This document shows, piece after piece, positions 30,660-40,367 of a DNA stretch of 64,000 nucleotides. The number at the start of each line of letters is the position of its first letter. Positions within the stretch are counted from its first letter, which is position 1. The DNA comes from Candidatus Kapaibacterium sp. (GTDB lineage: Bacteria > Bacteroidota > Ignavibacteria > Kapaibacteriales > UBA2268), in contig OY761611.1 in the NCBI GenBank assembly GCA_963664875.1, positions 1,120,001 to 1,184,000 of the forward strand, in the 5' to 3' direction. Position numbers and translations under genes: made by a program. The notes under the pieces are model-generated. The model saw nothing but the letters and a program-made list of their open reading frames with translations. It was not told the DNA's origin and made no database searches.

Positions 30660-31076
30660 ATGAAAGACTACATATTCAAAGAAATTGTCAACCTGCCGAG
30701 TAGTAAGGAATCTATGGGCAAGATAGAGCCAATTCTAATGCAGGTACAAACTATTGCAGACATTCCGGAAGACAGATTTTATAACCTGCTTATTTCAGTG
30801 ACTGAAGCTGTGAACAATGCCATCATGCACGGCAATGGATTTGACTCTTCCAAAACTGTTACAGTTACCCTCACCGCAACAGAAGATTATGTAGAAATCG
30901 AAGTGCAGGACGAAGGCAGCGGTTTTGACCCCGACATGGTCGCAGATCCAAGGGAACCGGAAAACTTGCTTAAAGCCAGCGGAAGAGGAATATTTATCAT
31001 AAAATCCCTTATAGAACAGGTCAGTTTCGAAAATAATGAGATTGGAACGAAAGTCTCAATGAAATTTACTATCTAA
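30660..31076 (+). CDS. RsbW-like anti-sigma factor / HATPase_c Ser kinase
   Basis: SVTEAVNNAIMHGN, VQDEGSGFD, SGRGIFII, GTKV. Confidence 0.85.
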   Translation: MKDYIFKEIVNLPSSKESMGKIEPILMQVQTIADIPEDRFYNLLISVTEAVNNAIMHGNGFDSSKTVTVTLTATEDYVEIEVQDEGSGFDPDMVADPREPENLLKASGRGIFIIKSLIEQVSFENNEIGTKVSMKFTI

Positions 31077-31159
31077 AACATTTTGTTTTAAGGAGTAAAT
31101 AAATTACTTTAAGTTTGCAAGGTTTACTTTTTGAATATTTTCTTTATGGTTGCTGAAAA

Positions 31160-33322
31160 ATGTATCTGATTCACGAAAAAGAACTTTTTAGAGCTTTTGA
31201 ATGTTTAAAAGCAGATTTGAATGATCCAATTGCAAAAAAAATTGTTTTACTCAGCGGAACATTTGGCTCGGGAAAATCTTTTTTCCTGAAGAGCCTTATC
31301 CCTGCACTTTTGGAAGAAAATCATACAGATTACGTATTTGAAGCAAAATACAGCAGCAATCTCAAGTTCACTATTGATATTTTGCAGTCTTTAGCTGACA
31401 ACAGTTATTATGTCGAATCAGACAAACTACCTCCTTTTTCCAGCAACGAATCTTCTTTTATAAACGAGCAGTTCGCCAATACGCTAACTACTCTTAGGAA
31501 TAAAGATACTTCTCTTTTTGAAAAAATTTATGAGCGTGAGTACCTGAAAGACAACTTTCATTACCATTACAGCTCGATAGATAATATTGAAGATTTGAGT
31601 GACACTTCAATATGCAACACAATAGAAAGCCTTTTTCCACAACAGGAAAAATATAAAACATTTTTTGCGAATCCGACTAAAATTGCGATAGAATCACTGA
31701 TTGTTGATTTGATGACTGTTCTTTTTGCCGGAAATTCTAACTTTGAAAAACCGGAAAAGAAATATAAAGTATTATTTGTCTTAGATGGCTTTGACAAACA
31801 TTCATGGACAGTGCAGCAGTGGCTTTTGGACAAATTTATTCCTCTTCTGGATACTATGCACTTCAGTGACTTTACTTCTTATGACACTTCTTTTTTGAGT
31901 AAAGACACTAAACTATCAGACTTCTTTGATTTCAGATTTTTATTGAGCTTCCGAGAGGACTTAACTTTAGGCAGATTTGCTGATAAATGGCTACAAATAT
32001 CTGATGCAACTGAAAATATTGCTTTGCAGCCAGCATCGGATCTAATCATGCATAGCTTCTTCAAATCTGAAGGCATTGATGAAGCTGATTATAAAGAGTT
32101 GGCAAAGAATACTTACGGCATACCTTATATTTTCAACCTAAAAGTTGAATACAAAAAAGTCGGAGACAGCGAGATAGATAACATTTCTCTGGTTTATCAT
32201 CTCGCAGGTCAAAAAATCCTTTCTGATTTCGAAGAACAGCAGGCTGATTGGATAAGATGTACAGCTTTCCTCGACGAGTTTGACGAGAGAGCTCTCGAGT
32301 TTTTTCCAATTATAGGCAAAAAATCAAAATTGGCTTTTTCTTTTATGAAAGAGCTAAAAGATATTTATACAATTACTAATGGCAAGCTTCGACTTAGAGC
32401 CGAGCTGCAGGATTTAATCAAAAAAGCTACTTTATTTGATTCCCCGGGATCTTCGAAAGGTTATCAGAAAATTGCAGAACAATATTATGAGTTATTGCCT
32501 ATACTCGATGAATACAGCAGTAAAGACTTCGAACTTCTTAGTGAACTTGCTTATTTCAATTGGTTTGACAAAGATTTTGTACTCCCTAAAGTATTTCCTG
32601 ATAAATTATCTGACATTGACAATCTCTTGGATAAGAGAAAAGAGCTTTTTCTTCATGATAACGGAATGATAAAAGTCAGCGACGATGAAGCTTGCAAAAT
32701 CGATACGCTAAACAAAATATTGGACTCGGAGCTTTATTCTAAAAAAGTAGAATATTTAAAGGAAATTCAAACCGAGTATCAAAAAAATCTTCAAGAAAAA
32801 CTCACTGAACTTGGAAATGCTAAAAAGAATTGTGCGGAACAGCTTTCTGAAATAAGAAAAGAGTTGGATTTGCAATTAGAAAAGCTACCTGTCTCCTCTA
32901 AGAGTAAAACCGGTGCAAGCTACAAGAAAAGCTCCAATTATAGAGTTGAAGACAATTCAAAGTATATCAAATATTTTGCATTAATAGCCTTATGCGTCCT
33001 TCTTGGAATTAAGCCAGAGCTATTACTCGGTATTGTATTTGAAAGTAAATCTACTTTTTCAATAGCTTCTAATATGTTTTTTATTCTTGCAGTGCTGCTC
33101 GCAGCTTATATCGGTATCGATTTTTTCAGCAGTAGTGATAAACTTAAATCCAGACCAAAAAATACTGATATTCCAACGCAACTAAGCCCTGAAGAAACAA
33201 TTTTGGAAGAACTTAAAACCAAAGAAGCTAACCTGAAAAACAGATTACATGCAATAGATAAAGATATTTCACTCATAGGCAACAAGCTCAGCAAATACAT
33301 TATCAGAAATTGCGACAAATAA
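31160..33322 (+). CDS. STAND-like P-loop ATPase with C-terminal coiled coil and two TM helices
   Basis: Walker A GTFGSGKS, Walker B VLFVLDGFD, GxP motif TYGIPY; TM segments YFALIALCVLLGI and MFFILAVLLAAYIGI. Confidence 0.6.
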   Translation: MYLIHEKELFRAFECLKADLNDPIAKKIVLLSGTFGSGKSFFLKSLIPALLEENHTDYVFEAKYSSNLKFTIDILQSLADNSYYVESDKLPPFSSNESSFINEQFANTLTTLRNKDTSLFEKIYEREYLKDNFHYHYSSIDNIEDLSDTSICNTIESLFPQQEKYKTFFANPTKIAIESLIVDLMTVLFAGNSNFEKPEKKYKVLFVLDGFDKHSWTVQQWLLDKFIPLLDTMHFSDFTSYDTSFLSKDTKLSDFFDFRFLLSFREDLTLGRFADKWLQISDATENIALQPASDLIMHSFFKSEGIDEADYKELAKNTYGIPYIFNLKVEYKKVGDSEIDNISLVYHLAGQKILSDFEEQQADWIRCTAFLDEFDERALEFFPIIGKKSKLAFSFMKELKDIYTITNGKLRLRAELQDLIKKATLFDSPGSSKGYQKIAEQYYELLPILDEYSSKDFELLSELAYFNWFDKDFVLPKVFPDKLSDIDNLLDKRKELFLHDNGMIKVSDDEACKIDTLNKILDSELYSKKVEYLKEIQTEYQKNLQEKLTELGNAKKNCAEQLSEIRKELDLQLEKLPVSSKSKTGASYKKSSNYRVEDNSKYIKYFALIALCVLLGIKPELLLGIVFESKSTFSIASNMFFILAVLLAAYIGIDFFSSSDKLKSRPKNTDIPTQLSPEETILEELKTKEANLKNRLHAIDKDISLIGNKLSKYIIRNCDK

Positions 33323-33325
33323 CCA

Positions 33326-33532
33326 AACAAAAGGCTGTCTCACAAATCAAAATTTGCATCATATTCTCGCTGTTTGTAAGTTTTACCGACAGCTGAAGCA
33401 GTCGGTTGCACTTTTGTAACTCATTGCAACCGCACGCTTTAGCTTGCGGTAGAAGAAAACATAACGTTTGTTTTTCCTCTACTTTTACAAAAAAGTATGA
33501 CAAAACTCTGACTTCTGAGACAGCCTTTTGTT
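33326..33532. mobile_element. MITE-like non-autonomous element
   Basis: 17-bp perfect terminal inverted repeat aacaaaaggctgtctca/tgagacagccttttgtt, imperfect to about 30 bp; internal hairpin at 33429-33450; no transposase. Confidence 0.6.
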
Positions 33533-33553
33533 GTATTGAAATAAAATCGTTTT

Positions 33554-36163
33554 TTATTTTATCTTTATAGCTTTTCCGGAATATACCTTCTCGCCTATCT
33601 TCAATTCAATTATATAAACACCGCTTGTTAAGTTTGCAAGACCGTAATCTGCTGGATTTAAAACAACCTGACCATTAGGAAGACTGTTATATTCTGCATC
33701 AAAAATTAGCTCACCTGTGCTGCTATACATGCTAATGCGAGCTGTTCCTGCATAGTTTTCAGTAGAATTGACGGCAATCGTAAACTCGTCTTCAAATACA
33801 TTTGGATAAATGCCTATTGAGTACGATTCCGAAGTATTTTCATCTTCTACACTAACATCATGAGTCTTTACGAGTTCTGCCAACGGCATTTTGTAACCGT
33901 CTTTATTGGCTCTGTAAACATTAGTAAAGCTTGGAGCAGGAATTTGATCCATTTTTGCAAGCCACTCATCATCCGTATCTCTCTGGAAATTTTCGGTTAC
34001 ATATTCGTAGTAGCTGTTTACAACACCGGTATAAGCAGTAGGTTTTCCGTTGCAGTTATCCGTAACTATTGTGCAATAATTTTGATCTCCTGTAGCAGCA
34101 TGTTTCACCCAACCTACGATATTTTCAAATTCATCGGAAGGTGAAGTATGTACGTCTGTTGTTACTTTGGTTGGTTTAAGATTCTCTCCAACTTCTTTTT
34201 GATTATAAGGGATTACATCTTCTCCTATATGAAATAAATCATATATCCACCCTTGCACCACTATATTGTCATGAATACAAGTTCCGTCATTTTCAAAAAT
34301 CATTTTTTTAATAAACTCTATTTGTTCTGCAGTATATTCTTCACCTGCATATTGCCTTCGGGAAAATTCTTCCAAATTATCAAAAATGACAGTTTTTTTC
34401 TCAAACATTTCTTCAATATCATATCCGAAATACTGTCTACCACCATCAGGATATATAAGCTGGTGAAACTCAATAAGTTTTTCATTCAATTCCACTAAAG
34501 CTTTGAAATAGTCCGGTCTTGGCTCTATAAAAAAATCAGGGAAATCACATATAGGGATACCGCTAAAAGATTGTTTAGCATACAAAACTGTTAAATGACG
34601 AAGCTCAGCCCAAGATGCAAGTTGAGTTGTCATGTTTTTGTGTTGCCATCCGGCTGCCTGCATAAATTTTGGCAAATCATCTCTTTCCTTAGGTGGATTT
34701 AAGGCAAGTAATGCTTTAGTCCATAAATTGTAAATTGAAGAATTCCAATCACGTTCGTTTATATTATCAAACACATATCTGCAGGCTGCAAGATTATCTG
34801 CGTATAAATATTTTTGGATATCATTTCTTGCTATGTGAGCAGCTGCGTCATTGCCCAAGGCAAAAAGAACATCCATAGAGTTTGGAAGCATACGTCTAAT
34901 TGGCTCAAGTGAAGATTCATCTTTGATCATTGGATAAACTACATTTCCTAAAACAAAGCCGTCTAAGATAGGTCTCTGACCCAAAATTGAGAAGTATTGA
35001 GGTGATTGACCATCACTCTCAAAATCCATTCCTTTGACTACTTGTGTGTTATAAGACTGAATACCTTTTTCAGTACTTCTCAAAATCTGACAGTACTCCC
35101 ATAGCAAATCCTGTTCAAGTACCTCTATCATACTGCTCACACCAAGAGAGTCATAAGCAATATCAACTTCATTGATAGTCAGATTTTCCTGATTTGCAAT
35201 TAAGAAAGTAAAGATAGAATCTAATTGATTATACAAATCTCTTAGGTTCATTTCTTCCATTATATCTCTAAATATACCGGACATAATGACTTCGTACTTT
35301 GAGGCTTCCAAACTTTCCTCTTTTTCAGGAATGGTCATAAATACTCTGCTGAGCCACATCATAGACATAAAATACTCTCTCAACTCATCAGTATCATAAT
35401 GCCCTCTAGGCATAAACTGGCTTATGTCCATTGTATCTATTCTTCCGGAAGGAAAGTGTATTTCCTGCAAATAGTTATAATCCACTCCATTCTCATGTGC
35501 ACTCAAAGCGACTGCTATTTTGTCAAAAACAGCATTATATGCTGTAGTATCTGCGCTACCATTATAGTAGGGCATGTTTCTGTTTTTTGGATAACTGCGG
35601 CGCATTTCAGCTGCTACATAAATTACTAAACCCAAATCTCGAAAAGCTTTTATGTAGTCAGCAGGCAATGTCGTATCAGCTAACTTTTTACTTTCATTAG
35701 AATAATAATAGTATAGGCATTGTCTAAGTATAGCAGTAAGTCTTTCTTGAATTGCGAATGTCTCAGTTGTTTTCAAATAGTTGGTCATTGTATAAAACAA
35801 AGCATGATTGAATAAATCAGATGAGATATAAACAGGTAAGTCATTAACATAAATATTGTAATAGCCTTTTATAAAATTTTCTACTTCCTTGCGTTCTGTT
35901 ACCACAAATCCATTTTCGCTGAGTAATTGCAGTTCGTCCGGAGTAAAGTTCATAAACTGATTTGTAGAATCAAAGTAATATGCTTGAGAATAGTCAGTTG
36001 GACAGTATCTATCAAAAGTGCCGACATCAAACTCATCTAAGAGTTCTTCATATCTAATATCTTGGTGGGACTGCATATACTGCTTATATGCATCAAGGTC
36101 TATCTGAGCGTTTAAAAAAGAAGGAATTCCTACTAAAATAGAAAGAAGTAAAATTCTTAGCAT
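33554..36163 (-). CDS. DUF3160 domain protein with T9SS C-terminal domain (copy 2)
   Basis: LSENGFVV, PRGHY, YFMSMMW, TQLASWAELRHLTVLYAKQS, TDVHT, GVVNSYYE; CTD IYPN...LTSGVYIIEL...KAIKIK; ATG at 36163 after AGGTGAT. Confidence 0.8.
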   Translation of the reverse strand: MLRILLLSILVGIPSFLNAQIDLDAYKQYMQSHQDIRYEELLDEFDVGTFDRYCPTDYSQAYYFDSTNQFMNFTPDELQLLSENGFVVTERKEVENFIKGYYNIYVNDLPVYISSDLFNHALFYTMTNYLKTTETFAIQERLTAILRQCLYYYYSNESKKLADTTLPADYIKAFRDLGLVIYVAAEMRRSYPKNRNMPYYNGSADTTAYNAVFDKIAVALSAHENGVDYNYLQEIHFPSGRIDTMDISQFMPRGHYDTDELREYFMSMMWLSRVFMTIPEKEESLEASKYEVIMSGIFRDIMEEMNLRDLYNQLDSIFTFLIANQENLTINEVDIAYDSLGVSSMIEVLEQDLLWEYCQILRSTEKGIQSYNTQVVKGMDFESDGQSPQYFSILGQRPILDGFVLGNVVYPMIKDESSLEPIRRMLPNSMDVLFALGNDAAAHIARNDIQKYLYADNLAACRYVFDNINERDWNSSIYNLWTKALLALNPPKERDDLPKFMQAAGWQHKNMTTQLASWAELRHLTVLYAKQSFSGIPICDFPDFFIEPRPDYFKALVELNEKLIEFHQLIYPDGGRQYFGYDIEEMFEKKTVIFDNLEEFSRRQYAGEEYTAEQIEFIKKMIFENDGTCIHDNIVVQGWIYDLFHIGEDVIPYNQKEVGENLKPTKVTTDVHTSPSDEFENIVGWVKHAATGDQNYCTIVTDNCNGKPTAYTGVVNSYYEYVTENFQRDTDDEWLAKMDQIPAPSFTNVYRANKDGYKMPLAELVKTHDVSVEDENTSESYSIGIYPNVFEDEFTIAVNSTENYAGTARISMYSSTGELIFDAEYNSLPNGQVVLNPADYGLANLTSGVYIIELKIGEKVYSGKAIKIK

Positions 36164-36227
36164 AATATCACCTATTTTTATCAATTGTGTTCTTAATGTT
36201 AATAACACATCATTAGGAAAAGGTCTC

Positions 36228-36256
36228 AAAAAAAGCTCCCGAAGGAGCTTTTTTTT
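36228..36256 (-). terminator. Terminator between the DUF3160 paralogs
   Basis: aaaaaagctcc-cgaa-ggagctttttt. Confidence 0.8.
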
Positions 36257-38813
36257 ATATTATCTTTATAGCTTTACCCGAATATACCTTCTCGCCTATC
36301 TTCAATTCAATTATATATACACCGCTTGTTAAGTTTGTAAGACCGTAATCTGCTGGATTTAAAACAATCTGACCATTAGGAAGATTGTTATATTCTGCAT
36401 CAAAAATTATCTCTCCAGTGCTGCTATACATGCTAATGCGAGCTATTCCTGCATAGTTTTCAGTAGAATTGACGGCAATAGTAAACTCGTCTTCAAATAC
36501 ATTTGGATAAATACCTATTGAGTAAGATTCCGAAGCATTTTCGTCTTCTACGCTAACATCATGAGTCTTTACGAGTTCTGCCAACGGCATTTTATATCCT
36601 TCTTTATTAGCTCTGTAAACATTAGTAAAGCTTGGAGCAGGGATTTGATCTATTTTTGCAAGCCACTCCTCGTCAGTATCTCTCTGGAAATTTTCGGTAA
36701 CATATTCGTAGTAGCTATTTACAACGCCGGTATAAGCCGTAGGCTTTCCATTACAATTATCTGTTACTATTGTACAATAGTTTTGATTGCCTGTAGCTGC
36801 ATGTTTCACCCAACCTACGATCACTTCGTTTTCATCTGATGGTGATGTATGAACGTCTGTTGTAACTTTCGTTGGTTTAAGATTCTCTCCAATCCATTGT
36901 TCGCCTGCTGATTGAGAATCATGATCTTCGTGGAATAATTCATATATCCAACCTGTTATAATATCCATAGTTGCGCAACCATTTACAGTTGATCCAAATA
37001 TCATATTTTTTAAGTACTTTACATCATCATCTGATAGTTTCATAATTGAATATTGTTTTGCAGAAATGGCATCTAAATTTGCATATATTTCTTGCTTTTG
37101 CTCAAACATTTCTTTCTGTTGTCTAAGTTCGTATAGATTTGGATTATCTGCCAATGCAATTCCAAGCATATCAACTATTTTCATGTTTAGCTGCCCCATG
37201 ATACGGAAATATTCCGGTCTTGGCTCTATAAAGAAATCAGGAAAATCACAAATCGGAATGCCTGTATAAGACTGTTTTACATAGAGCACTGTCAGATGTC
37301 TGAGTTCTGCCCAAGAAGCTAACTGAGTGCTCATGTTTTTATGCTGCCAAGCAGCAGCCTGCATAAATTTTGGTAGTTCTTCTCTGTTTTTTGGTGGATT
37401 GAGTGTTCTAAGTGCCTCTATCCAAAGATTATATACAGAAGTCTCCCACGCCTCATCACTCAAGTTATCAAAAAGATATCTACATGATGCTATATTAGGT
37501 CCGTAGTGATATTTATTAATTTCGTTTTTCAAGAGATGAAACGCTGCATCATTACCCAAAGCAAATAAAATATCCATCGACTCAGGCAACATTCTTCTTA
37601 TATTACCTTTAATCATTGGAAACACCACGTTTCCAAACACAAAAGCATCAACTGTTGGACGCTGACCAAACAATGAGAAATATTGAGGTGATTGACCATC
37701 ATCTTCAAAATCTCCATCATATACACATTGTGTGTTATAAAGTTGAACACCTCTGTTTGTGGCTCGAAGTTTTTTACAATACTCCACAATTCTATTGTTT
37801 TCAACTACTTCTGCAATATTGCCAACACCCATTTTCTGATACACAAGAGGAACTTCCTGTATAGTCAGATTATTTTGTTCGGAGATGTAAAACTCTAAAA
37901 AGTCATCAAATTTATCATACTTAGGCTTTAAAGTAGGTTGATTAACTATATCGGCTACGAGTCCTGACATTATAAGAGAACTCTGTTGTTGTTGTATTTG
38001 CTCTTCGTCTTCAGGTACAGGCAAAAAGAGTCTTCCCATCCACATCATCGACATGAAATAGCGTCTCAAAGTTTCGTCCTCAGCATAATGGCCACGAGGT
38101 TTGTACTGACTGATATCTACCATAATAAATTGAAAGCCTGATGGCATATCTATATCATGCATTCCGGTACCACCTTCTGCTGAAGAAAGTATCAAGTTAG
38201 AAATATACTTTGAAAATGTACTATCTTCTGCATTATATGGTGTAGCATAAGTTGCATTGTTATTAGCTAAATTCTGAGCAACACAAAATATTACATCTAT
38301 ATCTCTTATAGCATCCTGATACTTCTGATTCGTTGATTTTGCTTTAAAATTAGGAATAGCAGCCCTAAAATCATTTATTATCTCAATGAACATTTTACTT
38401 AAAACATCTTTCTCTAAGAGTTTCATAGTCTTTGTCATTGTGTAGAAAAGAGCATGATTGAATAAATCAGCTGAGATATAAACAGGTAAGTCATTGACAA
38501 ATATGTTATAATAACCTTTGATGTAGTTTTCAACTTCTTTGCGTTCTGTTACCACAAATCCGTTTTCACTGAGTAATTGCAGTTCGTCGGGTGTAAAGTT
38601 TATAAATTGGTTTGTAGAATCAAAGTAATATGCTTTCGAATAGTCAGTTGGACAGTATCTATCGAAAGTGCCGACATCGAACTCATCTAAGAGCTGCTGA
38701 TAGCTTATTCCCTGATGTTCACTCATGTACTGCTTATATGCATCTAGATCTATCTGAGCAGTCATCATATTGGGAAGAAACAAAAAACTTAAAAGAAGTA
38801 AAAACCGTGACAT
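36255..38813 (-). CDS. DUF3160 domain protein with T9SS C-terminal domain (copy 1)
   Basis: Same DUF3160 motifs and CTD as the downstream paralog; signal peptide; AGGTGAT SD. Confidence 0.8.
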   Translation of the reverse strand: MSRFLLLLSFLFLPNMMTAQIDLDAYKQYMSEHQGISYQQLLDEFDVGTFDRYCPTDYSKAYYFDSTNQFINFTPDELQLLSENGFVVTERKEVENYIKGYYNIFVNDLPVYISADLFNHALFYTMTKTMKLLEKDVLSKMFIEIINDFRAAIPNFKAKSTNQKYQDAIRDIDVIFCVAQNLANNNATYATPYNAEDSTFSKYISNLILSSAEGGTGMHDIDMPSGFQFIMVDISQYKPRGHYAEDETLRRYFMSMMWMGRLFLPVPEDEEQIQQQQSSLIMSGLVADIVNQPTLKPKYDKFDDFLEFYISEQNNLTIQEVPLVYQKMGVGNIAEVVENNRIVEYCKKLRATNRGVQLYNTQCVYDGDFEDDGQSPQYFSLFGQRPTVDAFVFGNVVFPMIKGNIRRMLPESMDILFALGNDAAFHLLKNEINKYHYGPNIASCRYLFDNLSDEAWETSVYNLWIEALRTLNPPKNREELPKFMQAAAWQHKNMSTQLASWAELRHLTVLYVKQSYTGIPICDFPDFFIEPRPEYFRIMGQLNMKIVDMLGIALADNPNLYELRQQKEMFEQKQEIYANLDAISAKQYSIMKLSDDDVKYLKNMIFGSTVNGCATMDIITGWIYELFHEDHDSQSAGEQWIGENLKPTKVTTDVHTSPSDENEVIVGWVKHAATGNQNYCTIVTDNCNGKPTAYTGVVNSYYEYVTENFQRDTDEEWLAKIDQIPAPSFTNVYRANKEGYKMPLAELVKTHDVSVEDENASESYSIGIYPNVFEDEFTIAVNSTENYAGIARISMYSSTGEIIFDAEYNNLPNGQIVLNPADYGLTNLTSGVYIIELKIGEKVYSGKAIKII

Positions 38814-38930
38814 TTTATCACCTATAATAATTGATTAACCCACTACATACACATGACACACTTAATACTAAAAGGTTACAAATATTAATTATTTTCTTTG
38901 CAAATTTTGACAATCCGATATAATACAAGT

Positions 38931-38962
38931 AAAAAAGGCGCACTTCACGAAGCACGCCTTTT
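38931..38962 (-). terminator. Terminator ending the ACIII-oxidase operon
   Basis: aaaaaaggcg...cgcctttt hairpin with A run on the plus strand. Confidence 0.6.
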
Positions 38963-38984
38963 GGTATATTTTTCAATCACTTAT

Positions 38985-40352
38985 CTATTTCTTTTCTTCT
39001 AATTTCGGAGCTAATGTTTCTAACATATATTTCGCAACTGCTTGAGCTTCTTTTGGTTTTAAGCCCTGATTCGCCATCGCCGGATATGAAGGATCTACTT
39101 TAACCGGATTAAGTATAAATTTGGCAAGTTCTGCTTCTTTGCCTATATACTTTGGCAAGACTTCTTTATGCGGAGGTCCAACGATTTTAGTATCAAATGC
39201 ATGGCAAGCAGTACATTTTGCTTTGTAAATTTCTTCACCGCTAACTTCTGCTCCGCCCTGACCTAAGGCAGCCAAAAGCTCCTGCTCATGAGCATCATAT
39301 TTTTCAGCCAGCTCAGCAACATGTTCCTTGTTTGAAATATTGAATGCATACTGATTTTTTACAACAGTAAACATAAACAATGCAAGCACTGCATAGAATG
39401 ATATATTTATATACTTCAACGTATCTTTGCGAAACATATAATAAATTACATGTGCAACAATTGCCATTACAATAAGTGCCGCAATCGTTAAACCAAACAT
39501 AGCAAACGACAGAGCGTGCAAAGGAGTTGATGTTATGTTAAGCATAAAGAAAATAGGCTGTAAGGCAGTAAAAACAAGCGCTAAGCCCATATTATACTTT
39601 CTTGCATAAGATAGATACTCTTTATCCTGAAACTTCGGCTGAGGCTCCCATTCGTATTTTTTTATAAGAAGAGCAACACCTGTGATTGCTGCACTGATTG
39701 TAATAAAATTCAAACAGGCAAGAATTGCTGCAGGCTGAGCCAAAAATCCAAAGAATCCTGTATTTTCCCAAAGCTCCGGCTGAACAGCATGAACAGTCGA
39801 AGTAATGAAAAATCTCAACGAAATGAAGAGTAAAATCGCACCCCAGAATCCTGTTCTTGAGGAAAGATTTTCATTTGATTCTTTAAAAGAAATAAACTCT
39901 TTTGCTTCTCTGTCCTCCTGCGAATCGCCAAGCATTCTCTTCAAATAACCGAAGATATAGCCTAAGTCAGTCGAATGCTGATAGATGTGGATAAGAGTTA
40001 AACTAACTACAAACAGCACAAACGACAATAGCAAATAAGGCACAACCGGAGCACCGGTGCCGCTTAGAAGCTGAGAATAAAGCAAAATAATTGAAATAAA
40101 AGGGACTACACCCATTCCGAATCCAAAGATTTTATTTGTAGTTATCAAATCAATATAATCTTTAGATAAATAATAGTAGTTCTTGTTATTCTTACGCTTA
40201 GCGAGAATGCTAAATGCAACAGACAAAACTGTTGAAATAAGTAAAGTACCCGAATAAATCAGGAATATTACTTGCGCAATTATCAGTATGTAGTGCAAAA
40301 ATGTAAGATTTGCACCCGACTGAAGCAATACTAAATTGTCTAAAAAGTTCAT
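38985..40352 (-). CDS. Polytopic membrane protein with C-terminal class I cytochrome c
   Basis: About 8 hydrophobic segments, then CTACH...VGP...YPAM. Confidence 0.75.
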   Translation of the reverse strand: MNFLDNLVLLQSGANLTFLHYILIIAQVIFLIYSGTLLISTVLSVAFSILAKRKNNKNYYYLSKDYIDLITTNKIFGFGMGVVPFISIILLYSQLLSGTGAPVVPYLLLSFVLFVVSLTLIHIYQHSTDLGYIFGYLKRMLGDSQEDREAKEFISFKESNENLSSRTGFWGAILLFISLRFFITSTVHAVQPELWENTGFFGFLAQPAAILACLNFITISAAITGVALLIKKYEWEPQPKFQDKEYLSYARKYNMGLALVFTALQPIFFMLNITSTPLHALSFAMFGLTIAALIVMAIVAHVIYYMFRKDTLKYINISFYAVLALFMFTVVKNQYAFNISNKEHVAELAEKYDAHEQELLAALGQGGAEVSGEEIYKAKCTACHAFDTKIVGPPHKEVLPKYIGKEAELAKFILNPVKVDPSYPAMANQGLKPKEAQAVAKYMLETLAPKLEEKK

Positions 40353-40367
40353 AACCTATTTCCCGTA

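Noticed and set aside
33303-33503. 66-aa ORF containing LPQAKACG
   Set aside because: Translation of the MITE hairpin; no coding features
33554-38813. DUF3160 pair as a diversity-generating retroelement
   Set aside because: No reverse transcriptase in the window, and the differences are not confined to adenines in a short VR/TR pair
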